Assembly (NCBI RefSeq): GCF_964355755.1
Contig: NC_092674.1
Span: 18,972,001 to 19,036,000, forward strand
From: Antedon mediterranea
Lineage: Eukaryota > Animalia > Echinodermata
Length of the DNA stretch: 64,000 nt
Reading direction: 5' to 3'
In this document: positions 1-14,100 of the stretch, in pieces
How positions within the stretch are numbered: the first letter of the stretch is position 1
Layout of the letters: the number at the start of each line of letters is the position of its first letter
The notes under the pieces: model-generated
Database searches by the model: none
What the model was told of the DNA's origin: nothing
Seen by the model: only the letters and a program-made list of their open reading frames with translations
Translations under genes and position numbers: made by a program

Positions 1-2147
1 ACACTATCAATCATTATACAGTTGAACAATTAATATTATATATAATGTACATGACGCAAAAAGTTAAGTAAAATAAATAAAACATAAATAAATAAATATA
101 CATACATAATTAATAAAAATATGAATACATTATATGCAAGTTCATTACAAAGTAAGTATTATAAATAAATAGTCAATTTCTTTGCTTCTTTGCTTCTTTG
201 CTCCGCCAAATAATCAGGTACATGATGGTCCAACATAACATAATGGTTCTCGTATATGTAAATAAAAAACGCAATGCACACGTCTACTAGGCCTTCTAAA
301 GGTAGAATATACGATTATATAAAATAGGCCTACGTGTCAATGTGCGATAAATACTTGAATAGTTGAATAGGATGTATCTGTAAGTTTTATTTATTTATTT
401 TTACTTATTTATTATCATATATTTTTGTTGTTCTGTTTTTATTTTTGTAAGTTATATATATTGTACATACAGTTTACGTATTATGTATTTTCATACAGAT
501 CTAATTAATTAATTAGTTTACATTTTGTTCTGATGTTATGTGTTAGTATTTAGAACTTTGTACCTTGATGTTTCTTTGTATTTTGTCTGTAAAATGGATG
601 CACCATTAACTGATAATGTGTGCCACTGATATAAAGGTGATTCCTATGAATAAATAAGCACTGTTGACCATCATTATGAGATTAGGGGAAGCTACTTAAC
701 ACAATATAACAACACGCTCTTTTAGATATCGCTTGACATACGAACTATTGCCTACATGATTATAAAAATATGTGATAGTTGACATAGAGATGAAATAAAA
801 TAAATCACCGTGATCAAGGGAAATAGTTATTGTGTAATTAAAATGTGACACCACCGTAATTAATGGACTCTTCCATAAATGATGCTGCATGCTGCTAGAA
901 TACACACCCGCGAGTTCAGAGAGCACTTGGCCTGGGTAGAATATCTCATGCAAGTACTGTAAATATTAATTAATACAGTCGAGGATGACAATTTACCTTA
1001 ATTAAAAATTCAATAAACTTGTTACCACAATGTGGTTTTCAACCGTGATTAGACAGGCGTAACAAGCTAGGCCTACATTGCAGAGTAGTACAATATTTTT
1101 AATAGGCTAGGTAGGCCTCCTACTAGCTAGTTATTGAGGCTACTGTACACTGTTAACTAGCTTTTTAAGGGTGCGTGAGGAAGTTACCGGTGTATAAGAC
1201 GTACCCAAAATTTAGAGGTCAAATTTGCGTGTCAAAAGTGCATCTTATACACCGAAATATACAGTAATGTGATTTGTATGTATCTTTGCGATTAAAGGAC
1301 ATCTTTTTAATAATTAATCATAAATTAATCAAAATTGATATTTGAATATCTAAAACAAATAAATTGTGGTTCACGATTCAGTTGAATCACTAAAATCACG
1401 TTGCAGTTCACATAAAAGTAAAGGCCTTCAATAAAAGTTAAATTACTAAAACAAATTGTAGTTCACGTAAAGTAAATGCCTTTAATCAATATAATTGATT
1501 AGTTGAATATCTAAAACAAATTAATTTCAGTAGTTCACGATACGTTGAACCACTAAAATATTTTTTTATTTAATATTGAATGGCGCCACCAACGGCCATT
1601 TTGCCGGAAGTGACGGACCCGGAAGCCAGTTGAACAACAGCGCGAGTGTGTGAAAATAACCTGTGATATCCACAAATTTCGATAGGTAGCGCTAAATTTT
1701 GTCGTCGTAAAAAACAAAAGTGGAACAATAGCGTAGTACTGAAAATTAATGTTATCAAATCTACGTTTCGCGGTACATATAAAATAGATAAGGTAGGTAT
1801 CCCAGGCGGAGATTTATACCAAAGGTTTTGCATTGTGCTCGCCTATGTCAGAATTAACCATAATTTATATATAGATTTCCATAACTTTTCCATAATGAAA
1901 GTCAATTTTCTGGATTTTCAAAGGCCTTGAAAAAACGGACCTATAACTTTCCAAATCCTGTACGAACCCGGTGCTATAAAATACATTTTACCCCTATTTA
2001 TATAAAATGGAAGGTTCTATACAATCGTGATCGATTTTATACTTGCATGGGCGAAGCATCTTTGTAAATTGTTTAAAAAAACAGGTTATAAAAGAGATAA
2101 GGCAACTTCATAAAAAAAATTCACAAACAAATGCTTTATTTACTTAC

Positions 2148-5100
2148 CAATATTTTAATGACACTTAATAGGTTATCCATTGGAAAATCTGGAAGACCTA
2201 ATGAAGTAGATTCCTTTGATATCAACGTAGTGGCAAATGATAACATCTGTGAAGCTCTGCAATTAAATAATTATCATACTTTATTACTTTTAATACATTA
2301 GTTTAGATGTATTTGTTCTCCAAAAACATGAAAAATTAAATGAATAGGCCATTTTGCAATTTTAGTTATTCTCCTCCGTAGAAAAATTAATTTATTCACT
2401 TATAAAAAGACAAAATAAATGGTAAAATTTAGATTAGTTTTACATTTAGTTCTTATTAACTTATTCCCTATTTTTATCTGTATTTCAATATATTTCTTTT
2501 CTTTTTTGGTTAAAATTTATAATATTATTCACATTGAGTGATAATAAATGCATCAAATTGGCCTAATTATCTTTGTAAAAAACAAAATTCTTTTGCAGTG
2601 TAGTTGATGTAGTTGCAATTCATTTAAATACAATTTGTAAATAATATATAAACATTTGAAAGGTTATCATTGGCCTTTATATTATTAGATAAATTTTCGT
2701 ATCCATAAGGCTATTTTTAACTGATCAACCAGCCTGGCTTTTTACTATTCAACATTCAAATTTTTAAAATTAGCCAGTTACTGGGAGTTTTTACAGGTCT
2801 TTCATGTGTTTTAATGTACAAAACAAATGATTTGCTTTGGGCAAATAAAATGTTCTGATGTTATTACAGATTTATCATTTATTATTCCAATTTGTTATAT
2901 AAATTACAGTAGTTTGTTTAAATGCTTCTTTGTTATTTGGATAGTTTAAGAAAGCAATAAATATTTATGAGAATAAACAATACTATTTTTAGTTCAAGTA
3001 ACAAAATACATTTATCTAAATGTCATGTGAATGTAAAATGATACCAATTGAGATTGATAGCACTTAATATTAATTTTTTATTTGGAAAATAAGGTTTATG
3101 TTATTTCAAATGTATGCTATCAACATAGTTCAAGGCCTGGTCGATATACCACATAAATTAAAATACTTTGGATAAAAAACAAGCATGTACCCATTGATAC
3201 TTTAGCTAATTTGAGAAGAGGAGTTGAGGAGCTATTGTACTATTGACCATTACTTTGTTATATTGCTGCAATAAAATTGCCCACAAAACTGAATCTAACC
3301 CTAGTCTAAACCATAATTTGTTCCACTGAACAAAAAATGTAGCCACATTTGTTTGATTGAAAATAGAGGTTACTTAACAGTTTTCTACCACAAGCCAGTT
3401 TGTAATTTAATAGTAATGTCACCAGGTATAGAATGTAAAGATGAGTCAGGGAGTGCAAAGCTAATAATTTTTAGTGCACTGTCACTATTTAATGAAATAT
3501 GTCTCCAGGACCAGCTCGAGTCCACCGCCTACCTACTGTACAGCTGAGGTAAGACAATTTTGAAAAAATTAATAGAGAAATAGTCCCCGGAAATAGCACT
3601 CATAATTTGAAATATGAAAAATATAAATTTGCTGCACCACGACAATATTAACATATTTATAATGTTCCAAATCATTCAATTAATTTATTATTAATAATTG
3701 ACAGAGTACATAGTTTAATTGTTTTTAGGTGGTGAATATATTAATGTTACAAACTTACTTGTCGGATTGTAAGTTTGGTGAAGACTCCCTCAATACATCA
3801 AGATGATCCTAACATGACCATTGTAAAAAAAAAAAAAAACGTAGTTTTAAATGTTGCCAGCAATAAGTACATAAATAAAGTTTTCTTTAATTCTAGTATT
3901 ATAATGTATTCATTGACAGCATTGAATACCAACAATTAATGAATACATACATTTCCCACAATCAATAAATTTAATTGTATACAAATAAATTAATATTTAT
4001 GAGTAGAATTAACAGATTATTTTCATGAGTTAAAAGTATTTAACAAGAGTTGAGTAGACAAGAATTGATTGATGAATTGATTAACTTGCAAAAAATTATC
4101 TTAACATTATTTGCTTAATTATGTTAAAATTAAAATTTCTGCAACAAAAAACTTTTGATGACAACGTGAGCATGGTAGGTCGAAACATCGAACGTTCGGA
4201 AAGACTATTAGTTAGCGATATGTTAAATTACAAAACATCACACACCTTAAATGTTAAAGGGTTAACATCACGTGCTTGGAATCTTGAACGTAGTGGCGGA
4301 TCCAATGGGTTGCCATGGTAGCGTGGAACAGGTAGCCCGAGTGCAATAACACGAAAGTTTTCATTGACCCTGACTAGTTTCCAGGATTCTAACTCTTCCT
4401 TTGTATGATCCTAAAAGTAAAACCATATCTTGAAACTACCAAAGAGTAACTTTGACCAAGGAAAAAGTGTACAAAAATGGTATGTGATTCAGTAGAACAT
4501 GTTGAAGCAACATTTTTAACCTATCAATCAATTGTTAAAATCAATTGTTAAATTGTTTAAAATATTCATTCAAAACACATTTTTTAAGCAATAAGTATAG
4601 TTGTAGGTATAGTAGGTAATCTTCTATTTTCTTGTCTGTTTCAATATTGTATTTTTATTTTTTTAAATTAAAATCATTGTTTTAAGCATGGTACTGCTGT
4701 ACTGCAAATGTTAAACATTAGTTGCAAATTTCACAAATAGCAAAGACTAGTAGAACTCTTGAATAAGCCATAAAACAAGAGTGTTACAAGGAAAAAAAAT
4801 GTTCAAACAAAATTGTGTTATTTACAGAAATAAATAAAGATTTTATTAACCATTCACCTCAAGCAGTTTATCATATCTATCAGCCGCTACTAAGAAGCGT
4901 CCATCTTCTAACTGCATTTCACGATTCTCTAACAAATTATTCAAAACAGGAAGTACATTACGTTCAGCTTTTTCAATACCTTCCAATACTAGAACACGCC
5001 CTTCCATGGCTGCACGTACTGCACACTAGAATAAGTAAGAATAAGTATAAAAAATCTTCCAAAACCAGCGTTTAATGTAATGTTTAATGTCTTGGATTAT

Positions 5101-8100
5101 TTGCCAAAATTGAAATACATTCTGAAAACCAGATATTTAAAAAATACCGGACAATTTTAATTAGCCTTAATATTGGATTTCAGGTAGTTGATTTGGCTTT
5201 TTAAAACCACATATAAGGTGTAGTCAGACTCTGTTTTGGTTACTGTCATAAATTAAATTGTGCCCCAGCACTTGAGGGAGTGTTTCCAAATGTTTTGACT
5301 TCGTTAATGAAGGTGATAATGCTAACGCGATAACTGGGGCTATTTATGCAAGCTTATTTACATGGTACTAACGTGTTTATTTCTATAATAACCTGTTTAT
5401 AGATCAACAAACTTTTACTTCCACTCTTTGTATTGTGACTTGTGTATGGAGAGGGAAAATCAATCAACAACCTGCAGAAAACCTTACATTTTCTATACAT
5501 TTTATTATGTATCTGAATAATTATTTAAAAAAAAAATTTGTTTTGTCTTTTTAAATAAAAATCGATATTTGTTCAAGTCACAAATTCAGTAAATAAAATA
5601 TTAATACACATTTAGTAGTCAACACCGCATTTCGATATTTGCACGATTCAATGAAATGAATTCTCCTACTGAATTAACAAGGTGTGCAAATTAATCAGAA
5701 AGTATAGGAATAATTATTATTTTTTAATCGTAATTGTTTTCTTTGTGCATGTTTTTTACCTACTCAACGGCGAATATAAATAGAAATTTCAAATGGTAGA
5801 AACACGATGAACCACGGTGAACCTCAATGAACTAGTATATATGCCTCGGCAATGTGGGTTTTTTGTGTGCCGGCTATGTGATACACCCATTTACATAGCT
5901 CGTCAGCAAATTGGGATTTGGCAAACGGGAATTGTCGGTAGTCGGCAGACTGGTCTAGCAAACAGGACAATTTGCATTATACATGCTTTTTCTAAAGGCT
6001 ATGTCAATGGTGTTGTTGCTATGAACCACTCTACAATCAAAGCGTAGATAATTATAATAATACATCACAGTAGGTTAAGAACAATAGGCTACGATCTACC
6101 TATGAATAAATATAGTGGTGGTCGGCTTCACGAAATTGGGGGTTGGCATCATAAAATTGGTGGTTGGAAATTCAAAGTAGTGGACGGAGGCCAACCATGG
6201 CCGACTACGATGGCAAGAAACCTGGTACTTGTAGGATCAAAAGGCCGATGGTAGGCACAACTTTATTCTTTCAATATAGCGGAGGTACAGCATTACTTTA
6301 TTTTTCATTTTTCACAAAACATTTTATTATCAATCCAAGTTATTTCACATAGAGCCAAGTCATATCAAAGCCAACCATGCCGCGTTTAAAGAAAGTAAAT
6401 ATTAACAAAGAAATAGCAAAGTCTTGTTTGTTTGTTTGTTTGTTATTCAACCTGTTAGTGGCGGTTTCATCGCTGGTGGTTGACAACTGAATAAAATGAA
6501 AATGAAAATGTTTTGCATACTGCATTAGGTTATTCCGATGATACCAGCATCCGGTCTTTCGTTAGATTTCCCCTAGCTCATTAACAGTATGCAAATGATT
6601 AATGCAGTGTACGGCTGATTAATGAAGTAAAACATTTGGGCACGCTCCCCTAGTATCATACATAAACTACATTTTAATCAGTCTTTCATAATAAAAAGTT
6701 AAAAATTACAAAAACCTCACTTACCTGATCAATATAGAATGCATTTCCTTCTTGTATTTCTCGCCTTTGCTTCAGATCTGTCTCTGTTGTATCTCTTGTT
6801 AAACTTATATACTCAACCTCGCGTTTTGTTAATTCCTGAAGAGAATTATAGCAGTTTTAAAAGCAGTAGTACTTTTGGCAGGATATAAATGTTTTCAATT
6901 TTATCCAAAATGATTATAGTCAGGATGGTGTAAAATTAGTGCGCCTAAAAGAGAAAATTGTGAGGAAGGCTTTGTGCCAAAGAAATCACTGGATATTCGT
7001 TCTACACTGCAAACACTTAGACATAACACCACCAAGTCTAAAATTGAAATGCCAGATTAATTACACCACACAGGGACACGACATTATCACCAAAGTGGAA
7101 CGTAGTTTGATTAGAGAAAGAATATGAATCACTACAAACAACATCGAAAAATTAGCTAAGAAAGAGAAAGAACTAGAAGAGAAAATAGTTGAAATAATCA
7201 TCGATGACACAGCTCGAGTGGACGTTCAGAATGTGAGAGAAAGCGAATTCCTGAAAGTACGAAATCGTCAACAAAACAAATTACATTGGTGGAAAGATAA
7301 AAGTCAAAAACTACTAGTTGGATTAAACTAAGAAACACTATTGGACGGCAAACAACTTAAAAACAGATGGTTGGTGAACCTATCCAGCAAAAAGATTAGT
7401 GTAGACCAGAAGCAGGTGCTTAAAAAAGGGCTTAATTTTTGCCATTAGCGAGAGCCGAATACCGATAAATGAGTTGATCATAGCAACCGAAACGGCAGCA
7501 AACCTGGGCCAGGTACCCATAGAAGAAAAGGATGTCAATTCATACGAGGTAAGATTGTTTCACTCATAAATCATACAAACCTCCATCTCCAAACTTATCA
7601 GCAAAGGAAAAAACAGGGCTAAAATTACCATTACCATGAGATTACAATTTTACCTGCTGACAAAGGCCGTGCTACTGTTGTAGTAACAGATTATAAAGCC
7701 AAGGTAAATGAGATGTTATCCGACAACCAAGTATATGAACAACTCGAATCAAATCCCACTCCTAAATATAAACATGCTTTGGTAAATATCCTAAATAGAT
7801 TGCTTAATGAAAAGAAAATTACATGGGGAAAAATGTAAATTATTCCCGACAGCCAAAAAAACACAGAGGCTATATTGCACACCTAAAATTCATAAACCAA
7901 ACTGGCCCTTGAGGCCAATCGTAGACGGTATAGACTCCATCTACTATGAGGTGTCCAAATTTCTAAGAGATATTCTAAAACCAATGGCTGGCAATTCCAC
8001 ATACTCAATAAACAACTCTAAAGAACTAGCAACCAAACTTAAAGATCTTCATGTGTCACCTAACCATACCTTTGTTTCATTTGATGTAGTGTCTTTGTTT

Positions 8101-11100
8101 ACAAACCCTCTATGGAAAAATCACTGGAAATAATACATGAATGCTTGAGGGCCGACCAAACGCTACAAGACCGTACAAAACTAAAAGTAGAAGACGTTAA
8201 GGAATTGTTGTCTCTGGCCGTAAAAACAATCCGGCATAGCTATGGGAAGTCCAATTAGCCCAATCGTTGCAAACCTGTTTTTAGAATGGTTGGAGACTGA
8301 GGCCATAAGCAAAGCAAATGACAACATCAGACCTACTTATTGGCGAAGGTATGTAGACGATGTTTTAGCTGTGGTTAAAAAAGAATCCATAGAAGATCTT
8401 AACCAACATCTTAACACCATAGACCCTACTAAAAGTATCAAGTTTACTACAGAAAGAATGACCGACAACACTCTCCCGTTTCTGGACTGCCTCATCACCC
8501 TAAAAACTGACAGTACAATAAAAACTTCGATTTACAGGAAACCCACACCTACAGACCAATACTTAAACTTCAAATCAAATCATCCTCTTGAGCACAAGCT
8601 GAGCGTCGTTAACACACTAGTGGACAGATGCCAAAACATCGTAACAACACAGCAGAGCAAAAGAGAAGAGATGAATCACATAAAAAGTACTTAATATCTG
8701 TGAATACCCAAATTGGGCAATTGATAGAGTGATAAACAACAAACAAGAAAAGAATAGTCAGAAAAAAGGAGAAAACAAGCAAGACATGCGTGGCAGGGTA
8801 GCTTTACCCTTTGTGAGAGGGCTATCGGAAAAGATACGTAGAATGCTCACTAGCTATAAAATTACTTTGTACCCCAAAACAAATTAAGATTACATCTAGT
8901 ACACCCTAAAGATAAGATTAAGCCGGAGGACACAAGTGGAGTAGTGTATGGTGTACCCTGTATGAATTGTAACCTAATATACATAGGAGAAACCTGTAGA
9001 AAACTGATCACATGAATTGGAGTTATGACAAGGTCAAGCAGAATGTCACAATCAAACATTACACATAAATCTGCAATTACAGACCATGTTCTAAAGGAAA
9101 ACCATACACCTAATAGGGAGGCAAAAGTGTTAAAGAAAGATGGAAACATAAACAAGAGAGGATGGCAAGAAGCAATTATAATTAGACAAACTGATAACAA
9201 CATGAACAGAAACCAAGGAGGAAAGTGGCTGCCACACATATATGATGACCTGTTAGAAGTGAGACGGCCGACCGGGGCGGACCCCTCTGGGATTCACCAG
9301 AGGTATTCACGTAAAAACTCAGAGAGGGCGCATGTCACAACAACATCACATGACTATGCCATGATCAGTGTCAGCAAATCAAGCCGACACCACTACCTTG
9401 AAAAAGTGTGATGCTAATGCACGAAACGAAACGTTGGTAACTTCAATGTTAATTTGTCCTTCACTAGAAACAAAAAATTTGATTCTAAACATAGCAGTAG
9501 TATTTTGATTTATTATAATCTCACCCTTAGACAACACAAAGGCCAGCCAAACTAACTAACAAAACTGAATTACTGTACAGAGTACGGTATACATGGTGTT
9601 ACACAGTGTTATTAAAAATAAATTCTTTACATTTTTTAAAGACCCCTTCCCTGCAAGTTTTGACGTTTTTTGGAAAATAATACATATATATCACTTTAAA
9701 AACATTAAACCATGTCATTCCTTGTCTTAAATGTACGTTTTATGGTAAATTATGATAAAAAGTGAGAAACAATGCACTACCTAAGTAGCTCGCGGCGATC
9801 GACCTCTCGTGGACGGTCTTAGGCCTAGCCTAGCTAAGCTTAGTTTTGTAGGCCTAGCTGGTAAACATCGATAACGTACGAACATCGTACGCTAGCTATA
9901 TACCTAGCCTGACGTTGTATAGTTGCTGCATTAATTGTCTTTCTATTTTTGCCAGACTCCGTTGATACAAATTGGGGGAAACCCGGTATTTTCGCTGAAA
10001 AGTTAGGAGTCTTCCATTTGTTTTGGCCTCACGATCGATCGAAAAGTGGGCGAATTACAGGTGAAAACAAAAATATCAATCCGCGCGCAATGCATTTTGG
10101 GATTTATAGCGGGCCGCTATAATTATTAGAATCAATTTATTTTTCACATTTTTAACCGTTTAAAGACGAAAAAAGTTATCGCAATAGGACCATATAGTAT
10201 TATTTTTACATTAAATATAGTTTGTGATCTTAAATTAGATCTAAAAAACGTAGGGAATGGGGCTTTAAGTACTGTATTAAAGGCAAATTTGGCAACACAT
10301 GTACATAGGTCACCGCTAGCAAACTTAAAAATAAACTTTTGTCTGTCTAAAAAATTACAAAATAAAGGTTCTAAATCATTGATCTTATCAAACAACAGAC
10401 AACTTAATGAATCGACACATCATTAAAACAATGGCATTCATCTTTAATTAATGCAGGATATTATGGATATTCTTGATTAGATCATAATTACATTATCAAA
10501 CCAATTTTCAACAGCTAAGTCAAGCCAAGTTGCAGGTACAGTAATCCAATTGTAAAGTAAATAAATGAAATGAAAAATCTAGGATTTATAAAATCAAGGT
10601 AAAAAGGTAAACATTTAGAATGGCTTACATAAGTGAACATGACATGATATCAGCAGTTTATTTTACATATATTATTCATATACATAATATTCTGTACACT
10701 TACTAAGTAGCTCATAGCAATTGCTCTTCTAAGGTGACCAGGAGGACCTATTAAAAATACATCTTGTCCAAGTAAATCCTATAAAAAGATAGGTCCAGAC
10801 AAATCATAATGTTAACATACAAAAAGTGGGTGCATCACAGAAGCAAAACGAAAATATCAATCCGTGTGCAATGCATGCTGGTATTTAAATCAGGCCGCTT
10901 AAATTATTAAAATCGACTTATTAGTAGTATTAGTATATATTTATAATAAAATGCAGTTTGCGACCTTAAATTTGATCTAAAAAATGTAGGGATAGGGTCT
11001 TTAATGTTGTGAGACAGAAGGGTTAATACGGTAACTACTAATAATATTGTATGGGAATGAAACAGAATAATTCTATCTTAATATTAAAATATTTAATTTC

Positions 11101-14100
11101 AGAGCACAAATGAATACCTTCTGCATTATCCATCTTAGATGCTGTAGAACTGATTGTGGTATATTTTTCCCAACTGAAAACAATTATATATAACTTTATT
11201 CAGAAAGCAAACATAATCATAAACTTAATTTCATGGCAGTAAGAAAACTGAATTGCAAAAGGAGGGCTTACAAAAGACAATCAGCATTAAAACCAAAACT
11301 ATCATATACAACTTTAATTTTTAAAAAGGAATACGGTAGTGGACCGAATTGTCCGTATTTACAGATAAACAATTAAACCAAATATATTTTATATCTCATT
11401 AAGAATTATTTTTTATAGAGAATTTAATGTGTCTTTGTGCTATTCTACATACCAAAAATTGAAAAATTATTTTTAAAAATGTAATAAGTGTTTCTGCCTA
11501 GTATCTTCACTAACCAAATAATATAAACAGGTTGCTTTTAGCTCAGAATGACAGACCGTAACATAGTGTACTGTGTCAATTATTAAATTGTTTCTTACCA
11601 TAATTGATTGGAACTAACTGTGGACTGTTTGGATTCTTTACTGCCCTGCTCACTCCTCCAATAGTTATTCTTGAATCTGAAATTGATTGTTTCATGAGAA
11701 AGAAATGGTAATAGTTATCTGTAACAAAAATTTTAATGCAGCCATTATATGGTTTCTTAATTTTTTAATAAACTTATTCATTATTCATATGATTCATTTC
11801 ATTATAAATTGTACTACCTGATCAAAAAACCATAGCATTATCAAAAAATGTAAAATAAGATCTTTGGACAAACAACAGGGAATATGAGCTACTGTATACA
11901 TTCAAAGTTAAGGCCATACTAAACAAATTTGTATCCAATCAGAGCTCATTAGCACTACTGCTACGCATCAAAAAAGTCAGCACACATACAATGAAAATGA
12001 ATGGCACTTTTGTGAAAGGGTAGGATTATTTTTTCCCTGCGGAAAAAAATTTGATTCACGCAAACAAATAGATGAAAACGACCGACTTAATGAAAAGGAA
12101 AATTTGTTGTCCAAAGTCCAAAAATGCAAACAATGCAGTACAAAAATGGAATTACCATATTTAATTAGAGGCTCTTTGCGTACCAAATTTATGAAAAATC
12201 TATGGCGTGACCATGTAAAAAATATTGGTAATCCATTACAAGCGGATAACCTCTTAGTATTATTTTTTTTTAATTTGTGGATCCCTTGTGATTGTTTAGG
12301 TCATTTTTTTAAACTTTAAAATGTAAGTAAACATTTATGTGAAGATGTTCCAATAAGGTTTTCAAGTTACACAGCGCTATTTTATGAAATTCTGTGATTG
12401 ATCATAAATTCAGACACCAAAAGTCATTTTTTATTGAAACTTAATAAATTGATAATTTATGATGGGGTCACCTTTCTATTCAGTAAAAGATATTACATGC
12501 ACCCTGACGCACATTCATGTAAAACTTTAATAATTGTGTGCTCAAAAAGAGGTAATTTAATGCGAATTTGTAAAAAACTATATCTAATTTTAGTAGAAAA
12601 TTATAGCTCCTCAGGATGGCTGGTGACCCCCAATGTTTTAAAAGTATTATGGAAGCTGATGAGTTGTAGATATGAATTCATGTAACATGTGTACCTACCA
12701 GATGTTGTGACGTCGTCATATGGCCACTTAAATGTTTAAAATAGGATTTTTTTCTAGTTTTTATCATTAAATAGAGTGCATTGGACTCATGTGTACCCCA
12801 TTTTCTCCTAGATTTTAATGTTCTCGCTCAATCAATTCTTGCATAGTGCATGTTGCGTTGCCACAGATAACACAACTTGTCATCGTGACAATTCCAAAAC
12901 AAGTTATTATTCTTCCCGCCACTTTTGGGCACGAAGTTTCTCTTCAACGTGTTAGGGTTAAGGTTAAGGAAAGTCTGCCCTCTGCGATAAGTGATACTTT
13001 TTTTTGACGAATAAAAAGTAAGAAAAAAAAATTAAAAAACAATATTTTAACTTGTTTCTAAAAAGAATAAATGTTACCATAAAGCATGTTAATAAAATGT
13101 ACTAGACAAAATTTCATATCATAAAAACCTATCCGGCCCTGACCGGCTTACTCGTACCCAATATTTGGCTTACTCGTATCATACCCAATAAAACTACACA
13201 AATTGCAAAAAACACTATAGGCCAATGTTAAAACACTTTTATAAAACTTTATAAGCTAATATTAAACGCTGTGGTTAGGGTTTCGGCACCGGAACTCAAC
13301 TGACCATGGTAAAATCCCTCTAGGCGATGGTGGGTAAAGATGATGGCGAGTAAAAGACAATTGTAGTGAGTTGTAAAAAGTAAAAAAAAAATGGAAAAAA
13401 ACAACTAGACCCCTAGCTGCAGTACCACACCACTAAATCAGCCAGCCAACCATAAAAAAAAATTGGTGCTAAACTTTTTACATGAAAAGAAACCACCATC
13501 AAATCGTTGTTGCCTCCCATTGCGACGGCGACCGAATTATCAGAGGTATATAAAAAACTTGCATGCATGAGCGATTTTCAATTGACCAATCTATTGTGTT
13601 GATTTAACCGGAATATATACAATATTGCGAATATCAAAATACTTTTATATCCGGGTGTGTTGAAAGCAAAGACCTCGAAAGCGAAGATCGAAGAACGAAG
13701 ACCTCGAAAGCGAAGACCCTACGAAATGGTAGTGTACACAAAATCCGACCAAAATCACACAAAATTGATGATAACACCTTGAATTTACAGATTCTAAAAA
13801 AATATTTCGATTTTAATCGTTATGTAATCAAAAGACATGAATTTATCTATTAACAAGCTCACATGTTTTCGCCAATGGAGTTATTATGTGATATGGATTT
13901 ACGAACAAACACATCGCGCTATTTGCAAGGACCACCAGTAGCATTTTCATGATAAAAAATGTTATTCACCACATGCCAACATCATGTTAAATGCTCTTTT
14001 GATATTTAATTGTTCATTCATGCAATTAACTTAGTAAAAACTTCCGAATAAACAGTTTGCTTCATCAACCGGTGCTACCGGGTGTGTTTCACGAATGATA

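Noticed and set aside
8862-9239. 125-aa minus-strand ORF; likewise antisense ORFs over the sulfotransferase exon and 58463-58675
   Set aside because: Shadow frames opposite real coding sequence.
10730-10760. Non-canonical Walker A (GPPGHLRR) in VWA8
   Set aside because: A degenerate P-loop in this module is normal for VWA8 orthologs (GPPGPLRR).
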